DNA of 64,000 nucleotides from an uncultured delta proteobacterium. Lineage in GTDB: Bacteria; Myxococcota_A; Polyangia; Haliangiales; Haliangiaceae. The DNA is taken from positions 1 to 64,000 of the forward strand of contig CAWKDB010000004.1 in NCBI GenBank assembly GCA_963848295.1, given 5' to 3'. The notes under the pieces are model-generated. The model searched no databases and was not told the origin of the DNA. It saw only the letters and a program-made list of their open reading frames with translations. Made by a program: the position numbers and the translations under genes. Of the stretch, positions 41,228-52,822 are shown piece by piece (positions within the stretch are counted from its first letter, which is position 1; the number at the start of each line of letters is the position of its first letter).

Positions 41228-42472
41228 ATGAGTCAGGACGCTGCTAGCTCGGCAACCGCCGCCCCGTCGCCCCATGGCGTGAAGACACGGACGAGTCATC
41301 GCGCTCGCAATGCGATCATCGCGAGCCTCGCCATCGCGCTCGCGCTCTTCGGCGCATATCTCTGGCGCTCGGCTTCGCGGGACAGCCGGCCGGTGTTCCA
41401 GTTCGAGCTCGCCAATGCGGGCCGAGGACCGATCCAGGCGAAGGTGACCGCGACCGGGACCGTCAATCCGATCGTCACGGTTCAAGTCGGCACCCAGGTG
41501 TCCGGGACGATCGAGAAGCTCGGCGCCGACTTCAACTCGACGGTCACGCCGGGCCAGATGATCGCGCAGATCGACCCGAGACTGTTTCGCGCCGCGGTCG
41601 AACAGGCGCAGGCGAATCTGCTCGCGGCGCGCGCGAGCACGCACAAGGCGCGGGCCCAGCTGATCCTCGACCAGCGAACAGCCGTGCGCAACCGCGGACT
41701 CGCGGCCCAGCAACTGATCGCGCAGGCGACGGTGGAAGCGAGTGACACCGCGGCCGTCGTCGATCAGGCCCAGCTCGAGCAGTCGATCGCCGCCGAAGCG
41801 CAAGCGCAGGCCGCGCTCGATACCGCAACGTTGAACCTTCACTACACGACGATCACCTCGCCGATCGCGGGCACCGTGATCACGCGCAACATCGACGTCG
41901 GCCAGACCGTCGCCGCGTCGTTCGCCGCTCCCACGTTGTTCCTCATCGGGCAGGACCTCACGAAGATGGAGGTCGATAGCAACATCGCCGAAGCGGATGT
42001 CGGAAGGCTCGCGCCGGGGATGACCGCCACGTTCTCGGTCGACGCCTACCCGACGCGGAGCTTTCACGGATCGATCCGTCAGGTTCGCAGCTCGCCGCAG
42101 ATCGTCCAGAACGTCGTGACCTACAACGCGGTCATCGACGTCGATAACACCGACCTCGCGCTCAAGCCTGGCATGACCGCGAATCTCGAGGTCATCTACG
42201 CGGATCGAAAGGACGTCAATCGCGTCGCGAACGCTGCCTTGCGGTTTCGGCCACCTCCGCAGCTCGCCGGAAAGACCGGGGTGGCAGTCCCGCCGGGCAA
42301 GAAGGTGGTCTGGGTGATGCGTGCCGGTGCGCCACGTCCGATCGAGATCACGACGGGCGTCAGCGACGGCACCGACACCGAGGTCGTCAACGGCGACCTC
42401 CAGCCCGGAGATCAGGTCGTCACCGAAGCGAATCCCACGCATCGCGCATCCGGTGCCGGGAGGATCCTGTGA
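41228..42472 (+). CDS. MacA-like periplasmic adaptor subunit
   Basis: N-terminal TM, VQVGTQVSG, TITSPIAG and GQTVAAS motifs. Confidence 0.9.
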   Translation: MSQDAASSATAAPSPHGVKTRTSHRARNAIIASLAIALALFGAYLWRSASRDSRPVFQFELANAGRGPIQAKVTATGTVNPIVTVQVGTQVSGTIEKLGADFNSTVTPGQMIAQIDPRLFRAAVEQAQANLLAARASTHKARAQLILDQRTAVRNRGLAAQQLIAQATVEASDTAAVVDQAQLEQSIAAEAQAQAALDTATLNLHYTTITSPIAGTVITRNIDVGQTVAASFAAPTLFLIGQDLTKMEVDSNIAEADVGRLAPGMTATFSVDAYPTRSFHGSIRQVRSSPQIVQNVVTYNAVIDVDNTDLALKPGMTANLEVIYADRKDVNRVANAALRFRPPPQLAGKTGVAVPPGKKVVWVMRAGAPRPIEITTGVSDGTDTEVVNGDLQPGDQVVTEANPTHRASGAGRIL

Positions 42473-43194
42473 CCGACGCTCGACCGTCGACCGCGTTGAT
42501 CGAGCTCGATCGCGTCGTCAAGATCTACTCTCTCGGCGAGGTCGAGGTAATCGCGCTCGATGACGTCTCGCTGCAGATCCCCGCCGGACAGTTCGTCGCG
42601 GTGATGGGTGCCTCCGGATCGGGTAAATCGACGCTGATGAACGTGATCGGTTGCCTCGATCGCCCGACCTCCGGTGTCTACCGGCTCGCCGGCCGCGAGG
42701 TGGGCCATCTCGAGCGCAACGAGCTCGCGCGGATCCGCAACGAGACGATCGGGTTCGTGTTCCAGCACTTCAACCTGCTCGCGCGCACCACGGCGCGCGA
42801 GAACGTCGAGCTGCCTCTGCTGTACTCGAACATTCCCGCACGCGAACGCTCCGAGCGCGCGATGGCGGCGCTCGAGCGCGTCGGACTCGCGGGCCGAGCC
42901 GACCACACACCGAATCAACTGTCCGGTGGTCAGCAACAGCGCGTGGCGATCGCGCGAGCGCTCGTCAACGATCCGAAAATCATTCTCGCGGACGAGCCGA
43001 CCGGCGCGCTCGACTCGCGCAGCGGCATGGAGATCATGGAGCTGTTTCAGACTCTCGGTCGCACTGGAATCACGAACGTGGTCGTCACGCACGAGCCTCA
43101 CGTCGGCGGCTGCGCCGAACGCATGATCACGATGCGCGACGGTCGCGTCATCTCGGATGTCGCGCAGCAACCAGCCGCGGCGGTCGCCGCATGA
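42469..43194 (+). CDS. MacB/LolD-type ABC ATPase
   Basis: [24 protein letters not shown] and DEPTGALD motifs. Confidence 0.9.
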   Translation: MTDARPSTALIELDRVVKIYSLGEVEVIALDDVSLQIPAGQFVAVMGASGSGKSTLMNVIGCLDRPTSGVYRLAGREVGHLERNELARIRNETIGFVFQHFNLLARTTARENVELPLLYSNIPARERSERAMAALERVGLAGRADHTPNQLSGGQQQRVAIARALVNDPKIILADEPTGALDSRSGMEIMELFQTLGRTGITNVVVTHEPHVGGCAERMITMRDGRVISDVAQQPAAAVAA

Positions 43195-44420
43195 ACGCGA
43201 CGCTCATCGTGCGCAGCGCGGGTCGGGCGCTCGCCCGCAACAAGATGCGGTCGTTTCTCACGGCGATCGGCGTGGTCATCGGGGTCAGCGCGGTGATCGC
43301 GATGGTCGCGATCGGTGAGGGCGCGAAGCGTCGCGTCGAGCAGACGTTCGAGGCGATGGGTACGAACTTGCTGATCGTCTTGCCCGGCTCGGCATCGTCC
43401 GGTGGAATGATGGGCGGCACCGGCACCAAGGCGACGCTGACCTGGGCCGATCTCGCGGCGATCCGCAAGGAGCTCCCGGCTGTGCTCGCCGCGGCGCCGG
43501 TGTTGCGCGCGAGCGTGGTCGTTCAGGGGGAGGATCAGAACTGGACGACCGGGGTGATCGGGACGATCCCCGACTACCTGACGATCCGGAGCTGGAACAT
43601 CGCGCGCGGTCGCGCCTTGGACGTCGGCGATGTCGACGGCGCCGCGAAGGTGGTGGTGCTGGGGCAGACCGTGGTCGATAACGTGTGGGGTAAGAGCTAC
43701 GACCCGGTCGGCCATACGGTACGAGTCCGCGGGATCCCGTTCACGGTGATCGGCGTGCTCGAGCGGAAGGGCCAGTCGCCGGTCGGCCAGGACTACGACG
43801 ATACCGCGCTCGTTCCGTCGTCGACGTTCGAGACCAAGATCCAGGCCGGCCTCGGTGGCTACGTGAACGGCGCGATCTTCGTCAGTGCGATCGCGGCCGA
43901 TCAGACCCAGCGCGCGCAAGACGAGATCACGAGCCTGCTCCGCGATCGCCATCGGCTCGCGGTCGGAATGGATGACGACTTCTCGGTTCGCAATCTGGCC
44001 GAGATGGCCGCAGCGCAGCAGCAAGGAACGGCGATCCTGACCACGTTGCTCGCCGCGATCGCCGCGGTCTCCCTGCTCGTCGGCGGCATCGGCATCATGA
44101 ACATCATGCTCGTGAGCGTCACGGAACGTACGCGAGAGATCGGGCTGCGGATGGCGGTCGGCGCGAGGTCGTGGGATGTGCTCGCGCAGTTCCTCGCCGA
44201 AGCGCTCGCGCTATCGCTCGGCGGCGGCCTGATCGGCATCGGGTTCGGACTGGTCGCGGCGAACCGACTCGCCGCGCACTTCAAGTGGCCGTTCTCGATC
44301 CACCCAGAGATCCTCGTGATCGCTGTGGGATTCAGCGCGCTCGTCGGCGTCGTGTTCGGTCTGTATCCGGCCCGCAAGGCATCCCGCCTCGATCCGATCG
44401 AGGCGTTGCGGTTCGAGTGA
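43191..44420 (+). CDS. MacB-type ABC permease
   Basis: RNKMRSFLT, GGIGIMNIMLVSVTERTREIG and DPIEALRFE motifs. Confidence 0.9.
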   Translation: MNATLIVRSAGRALARNKMRSFLTAIGVVIGVSAVIAMVAIGEGAKRRVEQTFEAMGTNLLIVLPGSASSGGMMGGTGTKATLTWADLAAIRKELPAVLAAAPVLRASVVVQGEDQNWTTGVIGTIPDYLTIRSWNIARGRALDVGDVDGAAKVVVLGQTVVDNVWGKSYDPVGHTVRVRGIPFTVIGVLERKGQSPVGQDYDDTALVPSSTFETKIQAGLGGYVNGAIFVSAIAADQTQRAQDEITSLLRDRHRLAVGMDDDFSVRNLAEMAAAQQQGTAILTTLLAAIAAVSLLVGGIGIMNIMLVSVTERTREIGLRMAVGARSWDVLAQFLAEALALSLGGGLIGIGFGLVAANRLAAHFKWPFSIHPEILVIAVGFSALVGVVFGLYPARKASRLDPIEALRFE

Positions 44421-44458
44421 GGTAGCGGTCGTCGCTGCGTCCTCGTACAGCGCTCGCG

Positions 44459-44474
44459 TGGCACAGAGGCTGCA
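44459..44474 (+). promoter_or_regulatory. Sigma-54 promoter
   Basis: TGGCACAGAGGCTGCA; ATG 15 nt after the -12 C. Confidence 0.75.
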
Positions 44475-44487
44475 CTCGCTATCAGCC

Positions 44488-44892
44488 ATGCTGATGCCTC
44501 CCATCTCTCGGTACATGACTCGTCAACCGTGGACTATCCGAAAGGACGCGACGATGGCGGAGGCGCACCACATGATGCGCCTGCACCGGATTCGACACCT
44601 TCCTGTCCTCGAAGCAGGCAAGCTCGTAGGAATCGTCACGGAGCGTGATCTCCATTTGATCGAGACCCTACCTGGCGGAGACCCAGACGCCGTGACGGTC
44701 GAGGAAGCGATGACGGTGGACGTCTACGCGGTGCATCCCGACGGCGCCGTCGACTCGATTGTCGAGAAGATGGCAGACCACAAGTACGGTTCCGCCGTCG
44801 TGCTCGACCGACAAGGCGCGGTCGAGGGCATCTTTACGACAGTGGACGCGCTGCAGGTGCTCGCCGAGGTGCTGCGGCGCGCGACCGCCTAG
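44488..44892 (+). CDS. CBS-domain protein
   Basis: IRHLPVLEAGKLVGIVTERD and YGSAVV...GIFTTVD. Confidence 0.9.
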   Translation: MLMPPISRYMTRQPWTIRKDATMAEAHHMMRLHRIRHLPVLEAGKLVGIVTERDLHLIETLPGGDPDAVTVEEAMTVDVYAVHPDGAVDSIVEKMADHKYGSAVVLDRQGAVEGIFTTVDALQVLAEVLRRATA

Positions 44893-44918
44893 CCAGCCCG
44901 ATTCGCGTCGACGCTTCG

Positions 44919-44960
44919 CGCACGACTTGCGCGGGCCGTGATGGCAATGCGGTCGTTGCG
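44919..44960. promoter_or_regulatory. CGCA-N5-TGCG site pair between convergent genes
   Basis: CGCACGACTTGCG (44919) and TGCGGTCGTTGCG (44948), 29 bp apart. Confidence 0.5.
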
Positions 44961-45049
44961 CGATCGCGGCCTAGCAAGATGGTCGCGCAGAAATTTCGCA
45001 CTTCCGGACGACGCGAGACCGAGCTTGGCCTGATCGACCCTCGCCGATC

Positions 45050-45265
45050 CTATGCGAGTCCGGCGTACCGAACCCACTGTCCCGAGCGGCGTTGCACGAA
45101 GCTTCGTTCGACCGCCGCCCACGCGATCCGGTGTGCCACGGCTTCGCGATTTCTCCCATATCTGCGAAGCGCGCCATTCAACGCGAGCCGGTACGTCTCC
45201 TGGGCGTCTTTCGGCAGCTGTGCGCACACGGCCTCCGGGAGCTTCGAGTCTGGCTCATCGTGCAT
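45050..45265 (-). CDS. ChaB-family protein
   Basis: LPEAV...LPKDAQETYR...AHRIAWAAVERSF. Confidence 0.8.
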   Translation of the reverse strand: MHDEPDSKLPEAVCAQLPKDAQETYRLALNGALRRYGRNREAVAHRIAWAAVERSFVQRRSGQWVRYAGLA

Positions 45266-45277
45266 GCCTCATCACCG

Positions 45278-45293
45278 AGCATGCCTTGTGCCA
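45278..45293 (-). promoter_or_regulatory. Sigma-54 promoter
   Basis: TGGCACAAGGCATGCT; ATG 14 nt after the -12 C. Confidence 0.75.
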
Positions 45294-45431
45294 TTTCGCG
45301 TCGTATGCCGAGTCAGTTGCTGCCTTGTAAGTTAGTTAGAAGACCGATGCACAGCCGCCCCAGTGAAGCGACTAGACTAGGTTATCCGCGAGATCGTCGA
45401 CATCGATAGGGACGATGGTACCTCGGCGACG

Positions 45432-48176
45432 GTGGTCGACGCGCCGCGACGCGTGCGGCGTCCGGATACCTCGGACCTCGCGGCCGGCACCCGGCTGGAG
45501 CACTTCCAGATCCTCGACCCGCTAGGCCATGGCGGCATGGGCAGCGTCTACTCTGCATACGACCTGCGACTCGATCGCAAGGTCGCGATCAAGGTGCTCG
45601 CGCACGGTGGCACCGGTACCGAGCTGGAGCACCGCCGCCAGCGCCTCCTGCGCGAGGCGCAGCTGATGGCGAAGCTGTCCCACCCGAACGTCGTGCCGGT
45701 CTACGAGGTCGGGGTCGATCGCGACACGATCTTCATCGCCATGGAATATGTCGCCGCGCGCACCCTCGGCGCGTGGCTCGAGCAGGACAAACCGAGCTGG
45801 CGGGAGATCATCGGCGCGTTCGCGCAAGCGGGGCGCGGACTGGCCGCGGCGCACGAGGCCGAGATCGTGCACCGCGACTTCAAGCCCGCGAACGTGCTGG
45901 TCGACGCGAGAGGCCACGTGCGCGTGGTCGATTTCGGCGTCGCGCAGGGACGCCGGCCCGGCGAGCCGCCCGAGCACGCCCCGACACCGCCCGAACGCAT
46001 CGAGCTGCCCGACGGCCGCGAGCTCACCCCGACGCCGCCAGGCACGCCGCTCACCGTGGCCGGATCGCTGATCGGGACGCCCGCGTACATGTCGCCCGAG
46101 CAGTTCCGGACGGCTGCCGTCGATGCGCGCAGCGATCAGTTCTCGTTCTCTATCGCGCTCTACGAGGCCCTTTTCGGCAAGCGGCCGTTCGCGGGGCGCG
46201 GCAAGGAGCTCGCCGAACACGTTACGCGCGGGGTGATCGAGAAGCCCGATCCGAAGTCGCCGGTCCCGGGTTGGGTGATCGCGATCGTCATGCGCGGGCT
46301 TGCGACCGATCCGGCGCGGCGATTTCCGTCGATGACCGAGCTCGTCGACGCCCTCGAGCGCGACCCGAGCCGACGGCGCCGGCGGCTCGCGATGGCGAGT
46401 GCGGGTACGATCGCGCTCGTGGCGGCCGCATCCCTCATCGGCTGGCGCCTGCACTCTCAAACCCAGGTCGAGCCCTGCACCGAGAGCGATGCACCGTTCG
46501 CGGCGATCTGGGATCCCGGCTCGCGCATCGCGCTCGAGCGCGCGTTCGTCGCGACTGGTGCGCCGTACGCGGAGTCGGCGGCGCATCGTGTCGAGGCGAT
46601 CTTCGACCGCTACCGCGCCGACTGGCTCGCGATGCGCGGCGACGCGTGCCGAGCGACCCGCGTTCGTGGCGAGCAGTCCGAGCACGTCCTCGATCTCCGC
46701 GAGTCGTGCCTCGATCGCCGGCTCGGCGAGATGCGAGCGCTCGCCTCGTTGCTCACCGGGACCCTCGACGCGAAGGCCGTCGCTCGTTCGGTCGAGGCCG
46801 CGAGCGCGCTCGCACCGATCGCCGCCTGTGCCGAGGCCGCTGTGCTGCTCCAGCCGGGCGCGCAGCCCACGGATCCCGCGGCTCGTGCGCGGCTCGCCGC
46901 ACTCCGCGACCGGCTCGATCACCTGCGCGCCGCCGAGCTCACCGGCCGTGCGCAGGCGACGCTCGCCGGCACGCGCGCGCTCGTCATCGAGGCTCGCGCC
47001 ACCGCCGATTCCGCATTGATCGCCGACGCGCTCGAGCTGCAGGGAACGACCGAGACCGACGTCGGCCAGCTCGCTCCAGCCGAGGCGACGCTCGGCGAGG
47101 CGCTGCGTCGCACGCGCGAGCTCGGCGACGCCGACCGGTTCGAGGTCGCCGCGATCGATCTCGCGGACGCGCTGGGCGAGGCCGGCATCTCGACCAGCCG
47201 CGAGGCGCTCGGCGTCGTGCGCGTGGGAGAAGCCATGGTCGACGACACCGCCGATCCGACGCTGCCGGTTCGGCTCGCGTACGAGAAGGCTGACGTTTAC
47301 ATGACGCTCGCCCATCCGGACCTCGCGCTCGAGATCCTCGGCCCGGCGGAAGAGCGTGCTCGCCGCACCCTCGGGGACGATCATGTCGTGGTGTTCCAGT
47401 TGCGCGCGCTGCGCGGCGGCGCGCTCGCACGTACCGGCAAGTACGACGAAGCACGCGCGTTGCTCGCGGCCTCGATCGAGCAGCTCGCACGCGTGGTCGG
47501 CCCGCTGCACCCGATGACCGAGCACGCGCGGTTGCAGCGCTGCCACACGTACGTCGAGGCGAACACCCCCGATCAAGCGGCGCCTTGCTTCGCCGCCGTA
47601 CTCCCCGACGCCGAACGCGTGCTCGGCGCGCGCGACCGCGAGTTGCTGTCGTTCACGGCGGACTACGGCATGTCGCTGGCCTTCACCGGGCGATCCGACG
47701 AAGCTCGCACCGTGCTGGCGCGCGCCTACGCGAATGTGCCGGATGCGGCCTGGGGCGAGCAGTGGTTCATCGCCTCCGAGATCGCGAGCGTGCTCGGCGA
47801 TCTCGAGGTCGATGCGGGTGACTATCGCGCCGGCCTCGAGCACTGCAAGCGCGGCGAGGAGGCGACCGAGGCCAAGCACCGCGGCCCGATCGGTGCCACG
47901 TGCATCGGCGAGGCGTTGCTCGGACTCGGTGACCCGGTGCAAGCGCTAGCCGCGCTCGAAGCCGTGCGCGCGGCGGTGGAGTCGACCGATCCGATGCAGC
48001 TCGGCGCGGAGCCGGCGCAGATCGGTGCGTGGCGGTTCGCCTACGCGCGGGCGGTCTGGGCCGTGCGCCACGACGCGGCCACTGCGCGAGCGTTCGCGGT
48101 GAAGGCGCGCGGCGAGCTGCAGCCCGGGCCGCGGCGCGTCCAGCTCGATGCATGGCTCGCGAAGCTGCCACGGTAA
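45432..48176 (+). CDS. Ser/Thr protein kinase with TM helix and TPR-like C-terminus
   Basis: GHGGMG, VAIK, HRDFKPAN, DFG and GTPAYMSPE motifs, followed by helical repeats. Confidence 0.92.
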   Translation: MVDAPRRVRRPDTSDLAAGTRLEHFQILDPLGHGGMGSVYSAYDLRLDRKVAIKVLAHGGTGTELEHRRQRLLREAQLMAKLSHPNVVPVYEVGVDRDTIFIAMEYVAARTLGAWLEQDKPSWREIIGAFAQAGRGLAAAHEAEIVHRDFKPANVLVDARGHVRVVDFGVAQGRRPGEPPEHAPTPPERIELPDGRELTPTPPGTPLTVAGSLIGTPAYMSPEQFRTAAVDARSDQFSFSIALYEALFGKRPFAGRGKELAEHVTRGVIEKPDPKSPVPGWVIAIVMRGLATDPARRFPSMTELVDALERDPSRRRRRLAMASAGTIALVAAASLIGWRLHSQTQVEPCTESDAPFAAIWDPGSRIALERAFVATGAPYAESAAHRVEAIFDRYRADWLAMRGDACRATRVRGEQSEHVLDLRESCLDRRLGEMRALASLLTGTLDAKAVARSVEAASALAPIAACAEAAVLLQPGAQPTDPAARARLAALRDRLDHLRAAELTGRAQATLAGTRALVIEARATADSALIADALELQGTTETDVGQLAPAEATLGEALRRTRELGDADRFEVAAIDLADALGEAGISTSREALGVVRVGEAMVDDTADPTLPVRLAYEKADVYMTLAHPDLALEILGPAEERARRTLGDDHVVVFQLRALRGGALARTGKYDEARALLAASIEQLARVVGPLHPMTEHARLQRCHTYVEANTPDQAAPCFAAVLPDAERVLGARDRELLSFTADYGMSLAFTGRSDEARTVLARAYANVPDAAWGEQWFIASEIASVLGDLEVDAGDYRAGLEHCKRGEEATEAKHRGPIGATCIGEALLGLGDPVQALAALEAVRAAVESTDPMQLGAEPAQIGAWRFAYARAVWAVRHDAATARAFAVKARGELQPGPRRVQLDAWLAKLPR

Positions 48177-48219
48177 CAACCGCCGGTCCGGCGCCATGCG
48201 CGGGCTGCGGGCACGCGCC

Positions 48220-48247
48220 TTGACCGGGGCGCCCGGCGCCTTATGTT
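48220..48247 (+). promoter_or_regulatory. Sigma-70-like promoter
   Basis: TTGACC-N16-TATGTT, with 6 nt between the -10 box and the ATG. Confidence 0.5.
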
Positions 48248-48253
48248 GTCCGT

Positions 48254-48676
48254 ATGATCGTCCGCTGCGCGTCATGCGCGAAGTCCAACCGCGTTCCCGC
48301 TGCTCGACTGTCTGACCACGCGAAGTGCGCCGCGTGCAAGACGCCGTTGCTGCCCGCTGACCACCCGATCGCGGTAGGCAGCGCGAGTGACTTCGACGAG
48401 CTGGTTCGGAGCTCGCCCGTGCCCGTGCTGGTCGACTTCTGGGCCAGCTGGTGTGGGCCGTGCCGATCGCTCGCGCCCGAGCTCGAGTCGCTGGCCAAGA
48501 GCCGCAGCGGTCGGATCGTGGTCGCCAAGGTCGACACCGAGGCGCTGCCCGCCGTCGCAGGGCGATTCGCGATTCAAAGCATCCCGACCATGATCTTGTT
48601 CAAGAGCGGGAACGAGACCCAGCGGCAAAGCGGGGCGATGCGCGCCGATCAGATCGCAGCGCGGTTCGCGATGTAG
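48254..48676 (+). CDS. trxC: Thioredoxin 2 (zinc-finger thioredoxin)
   Basis: CASC..NRVP..CAAC plus WCGPC active site. Confidence 0.9.
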   Translation: MIVRCASCAKSNRVPAARLSDHAKCAACKTPLLPADHPIAVGSASDFDELVRSSPVPVLVDFWASWCGPCRSLAPELESLAKSRSGRIVVAKVDTEALPAVAGRFAIQSIPTMILFKSGNETQRQSGAMRADQIAARFAM

Positions 48677-48706
48677 CGATCAGCGGCGGCACCATCATCG
48701 CGGCGG

Positions 48707-49830
48707 CTACCCGAGCTTCTTGCGGAAGCGTAGCGCCGACAACACGATGAAGACGCCGCCGATCACGGCGAGGGACTCGATCTCGGGCACGAGGTCTGCG
48801 AGCGTGGCGCCCTTGAGCACGATACCGCGAATGATCCGCAGGAAGTGCGTGAGTGGAAGCGCCTGACCGAGGAGTTGCGCCGGGTACGGCATGCCCTCGA
48901 ACGGAAACAGGAACCCCGACAACAGGATCTGCGGAAGGAATAGAAAGAACGACAGCTGCATCGCCTGCTGCTGCGTATCGACGAGCGTCGATACCAGCAG
49001 GCCGAGCGCGAGATTAGCGACGATGAACAGGGAGGCGAGCGCATATAACGCGAGCCATGACCCCGTGAACGGCACCGAAAACCCGATCGTACCGACCGCG
49101 AGGATGAGCGACATCTGGACATAGCCGATCGCGATGTACGGCACGATCTTGCCGATCACGAGCTCCGCGGAACGAACCGGCGAGACGATCAGCTGCTCGA
49201 GGGTTCCGCGCTCGCGCTCGCGCGCGATGCCCATCGACGTGAACATCACCATCGTCATCGTGAGGATCACTCCGACGAGGCCGGGCACCACGAACACGGC
49301 GGTGCGAAGGTCGGGGTTGTACCAGATCGCGGTTTCCATCGTGATCGGCTCGGTCGCTCCGCCGGTGCGGTGCTCGGCCGACCACGCGGAGATCACCGTG
49401 TTCGCACTCTGGGTCGCGCTCGCGACCGTCTGTGCGTCGGAGCCGTCGACCACGAGCTGGACCTGGGCCGGGTGGCCGGTGACGACCGCCGCCGAGAATC
49501 CGGCCGGGACCACGAGGCCGATCCGCGCTTGTCCACTCCGAAATGTCCGCGCCATCGCGGGATAGTCAGCGACGCGCTCGACGATGTCGTAGAACCCAGT
49601 CGCCTCGAGCCGGCGAACGAGATCGCGGCTCTGAGCCTGGTTGTCGTCGTCCAGCACGACGGTCGGCATGTGGCGAACGTCGGTGTTGATCGCGTAGCCG
49701 AACAGCAACAGCATGATCACCGGCAGCATCACCATCATCCCGATCGTCAGCCGATCGCGCCGGAGCTGGCGGAGCTCCTTTCCCGCGATCACGGCGATCC
49801 GGCCCAGCGGTCCCGATCTCCGCGGTCCAC

Positions 49831-49834
<4 letters not shown>
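48707..49834 (-). CDS. ABC-2 permease (YbhR/YbhS-like)
   Basis: LFGYAIN, WYNP, RERERGTLEQL and LSGFLFP motifs. Confidence 0.9.
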
Positions 49835-50744
<910 letters not shown>

Positions 50745-50748
<4 letters not shown>

Positions 50749-51719
50749 CGGTGGGCCTCTCGCAGCGGCGCGCCGAGACGAACATAGGCGGGCTGGCCGG
50801 CGTAGAGCCGGCCCTCGCGATCGTCGAGGCGCACTCGAACGCGGGCCAATAGGTTCGGTCGCTCGCGCGGGCTATAGATGTAGCGCGGCGTGAACTCGAG
50901 GTGGGGGAAGACCCTCTCGACGACACCCGCGACCTCACGCGGATCTCCTTCGACTGCGAGCGCGATCGCCGCACCGAGGTGAATCCGCGGCAAGTCGGCG
51001 ACCGGCACGAACACGTCGGCGTAGGGCCGGGCGCGATCGACGATCGCCGTGACGGGCGTCCCGGCCGGGACGACCTCGCCGATCTTTGGATAGACGTCGA
51101 CCACCACGCCATCGAGCGGCGAGCTCACCGCGTGCTTGGCGAGGACGCGATCGGCGAGCTCGAGCGTCTGCTGCGCGGTGGCGACCTGCGCCTCCGCGCG
51201 CGCGATCTCTTCGACCCGTGCGCCCTTGGTGAGCGCACGCAGCCGTTGTTCGGCGACACGCCGGTCGCCCAGGGCTCGCGCATACTGCGCGGTCTCTTCA
51301 TCGAGCTGCGCCCTCGTCACCGCGCCCTCTACCACGAGCTTCCGGTCACGTTCCAGATCGCGAGAGCTCACATCCTGGGTCACGCGGGCCGCCTCGAGCT
51401 GCGCTTGGGCGGCACGAACGTCTTCGATTCGAGATCCGGCAAGCACGAGCGCGAGCTCGGCCTTCGCAGTGTCGAGCTCTCGCGCGCGGACAGCTCGCGT
51501 CTGACGATCGATCGCATCATCGAGCGTGGCGATCCGGTCACCGCGGTGGACCGTTGCGCCGGCAACGACATCGAGTGATTCGATCCGCCCGGTGATCTCG
51601 AATGCGAGATCGGTCTGATCGAGCTCGACCATGCCCTGATACCGGCCGTCGGTGAGATCGCGGTTCGTGCATCCGGCGATCAGGGTCACCGTCATGACCA
51701 TCAAGTAGCTCGCGAACAT
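50745..51719 (-). CDS. HlyD/YbhG-like membrane fusion protein
   Basis: Lipobox-like IAGC, coiled coil, SPLDGVV and EFTPR; start chosen from promoter spacing. Confidence 0.85.
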
Positions 51720-51731
51720 TCCTGCGTACGT

Positions 51732-51747
51732 TGCATGCTCCGTGCGC
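51732..51747 (-). promoter_or_regulatory. Degenerate sigma-54 promoter
   Basis: GCGCACGGAGCATGCA (CG at -24); ATG 14 nt after the -12 C. Confidence 0.45.
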
Positions 51748-51777
51748 ACTGCATGCGAGCCACCGACGGTCTTTGGA

Positions 51778-51819
51778 CGCAGGATCTGCGGCCTTCGCGC
51801 TGTGAGCGCACGAAGTGCG
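51778..51819. promoter_or_regulatory. Paired CGCA-N5-TGCG sites
   Basis: CGCAGGATCTGCG (51778) and CGCACGAAGTGCG (51807), both perfect, 29 bp apart. Confidence 0.75.
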
Positions 51820-51849
51820 CGAGTTCCGGCCTCGCGTGATGTAGGTGGC

Positions 51850-51865
51850 GGGCATGCCCGATGCA
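51850..51865 (+). promoter_or_regulatory. Sigma-54 promoter
   Basis: GGGCATGCCCGATGCA upstream of the SPFH gene. Confidence 0.7.
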
Positions 51866-51889
51866 GTCACCCGCAACGAGGTGAGTGTG

Positions 51890-52804
51890 ATGAAGAGAAC
51901 GAGCTCGTTTCCTGCGCTGTTATTGTTCGTGATCGTCGCAGCCGGCTGCGCGCTGGCGTACGCGCTCTACGGCGGCACCGTCGGGCTCGCGAGCACGATC
52001 ATCGTGACCGCTGCGGTGGTCGTAGGGGTGATCGTCGCGGCCGCACTCAAGGTCGCGGCACCGTGGGACCGAGCGGTCGTCCTGCGCTTGGGCCGGTTCC
52101 GCGCGCTACGCGGCCCCGGCTTGTTCGGGATCATCCCGATCATCGACACGATCCCCTACTGGATCGATACCCGCGTGCTCACCACGGGGTTCAAGGCGGA
52201 GAAGACGCTGACCAAGGACACCGTGCCCGTCGACGTCGACGCCGTGCTGTTCTGGAAGGTGCTCGATGCCGAGAAAGCGGCTCTCGCGGTGGCCGACTAC
52301 ACGACCGCGATCGGCTGGGCGGCCCAGACCGCGCTCCGCGATGTCATCGGCAAGACGGTGCTCGCCGACATGCTCGAAGGCCGCGAGAAGATCAGTGCCG
52401 AGCTGCAGCGGATCATCGATCTGCGCACCGAGCCGTGGGGCGTCAACGTGATCGCGGTGGAGGTCAGGGACGTCTTGATCCCGCCGGCTCTCGAGGATGC
52501 GATGTCGATGCAGGCACAAGCCGAGCGCGAGCGGCAGGCTCGCGTGATCCTCGGCGACTCCGAACGCCAGGTCGCCGAGAAGTTCGGCGAGGCGGCGAAG
52601 ACCTATGCCCACGATCCGGTCGCGCTGCACCTGCGTGCCATGAACATGCTGTACGAGGGTCTCAAGCAGAACTCGACGATCGTGGTGGTCCCGAGCTCCG
52701 CGCTCGAGTCGATGCAGCTCGGCGGACTCGCCGGGATCACGGCGCTCACCATGGGACTTGGTAAGGACGGAGCGGCCAAAGAGACCGCGGTCGCGAGCCA
52801 CTGA
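51890..52804 (+). CDS. SPFH/stomatin (slipin) protein
   Basis: AVVLRLGRF..GPGL, LTKDTVPVDVDAV, AQTALRDVIG and QAQAERERQAR motifs. Confidence 0.9.
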   Translation: MKRTSSFPALLLFVIVAAGCALAYALYGGTVGLASTIIVTAAVVVGVIVAAALKVAAPWDRAVVLRLGRFRALRGPGLFGIIPIIDTIPYWIDTRVLTTGFKAEKTLTKDTVPVDVDAVLFWKVLDAEKAALAVADYTTAIGWAAQTALRDVIGKTVLADMLEGREKISAELQRIIDLRTEPWGVNVIAVEVRDVLIPPALEDAMSMQAQAERERQARVILGDSERQVAEKFGEAAKTYAHDPVALHLRAMNMLYEGLKQNSTIVVVPSSALESMQLGGLAGITALTMGLGKDGAAKETAVASH

Positions 52805-52822
52805 TCGCCCCGAGGAGGTCCC

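Noticed and set aside
48209..48224. Sigma-54-like GGGCACGCGCCTTGAC before trxC
   Set aside because: Lacks the -12 C and has atypical spacing; the overlapping sigma-70-like promoter fits better.
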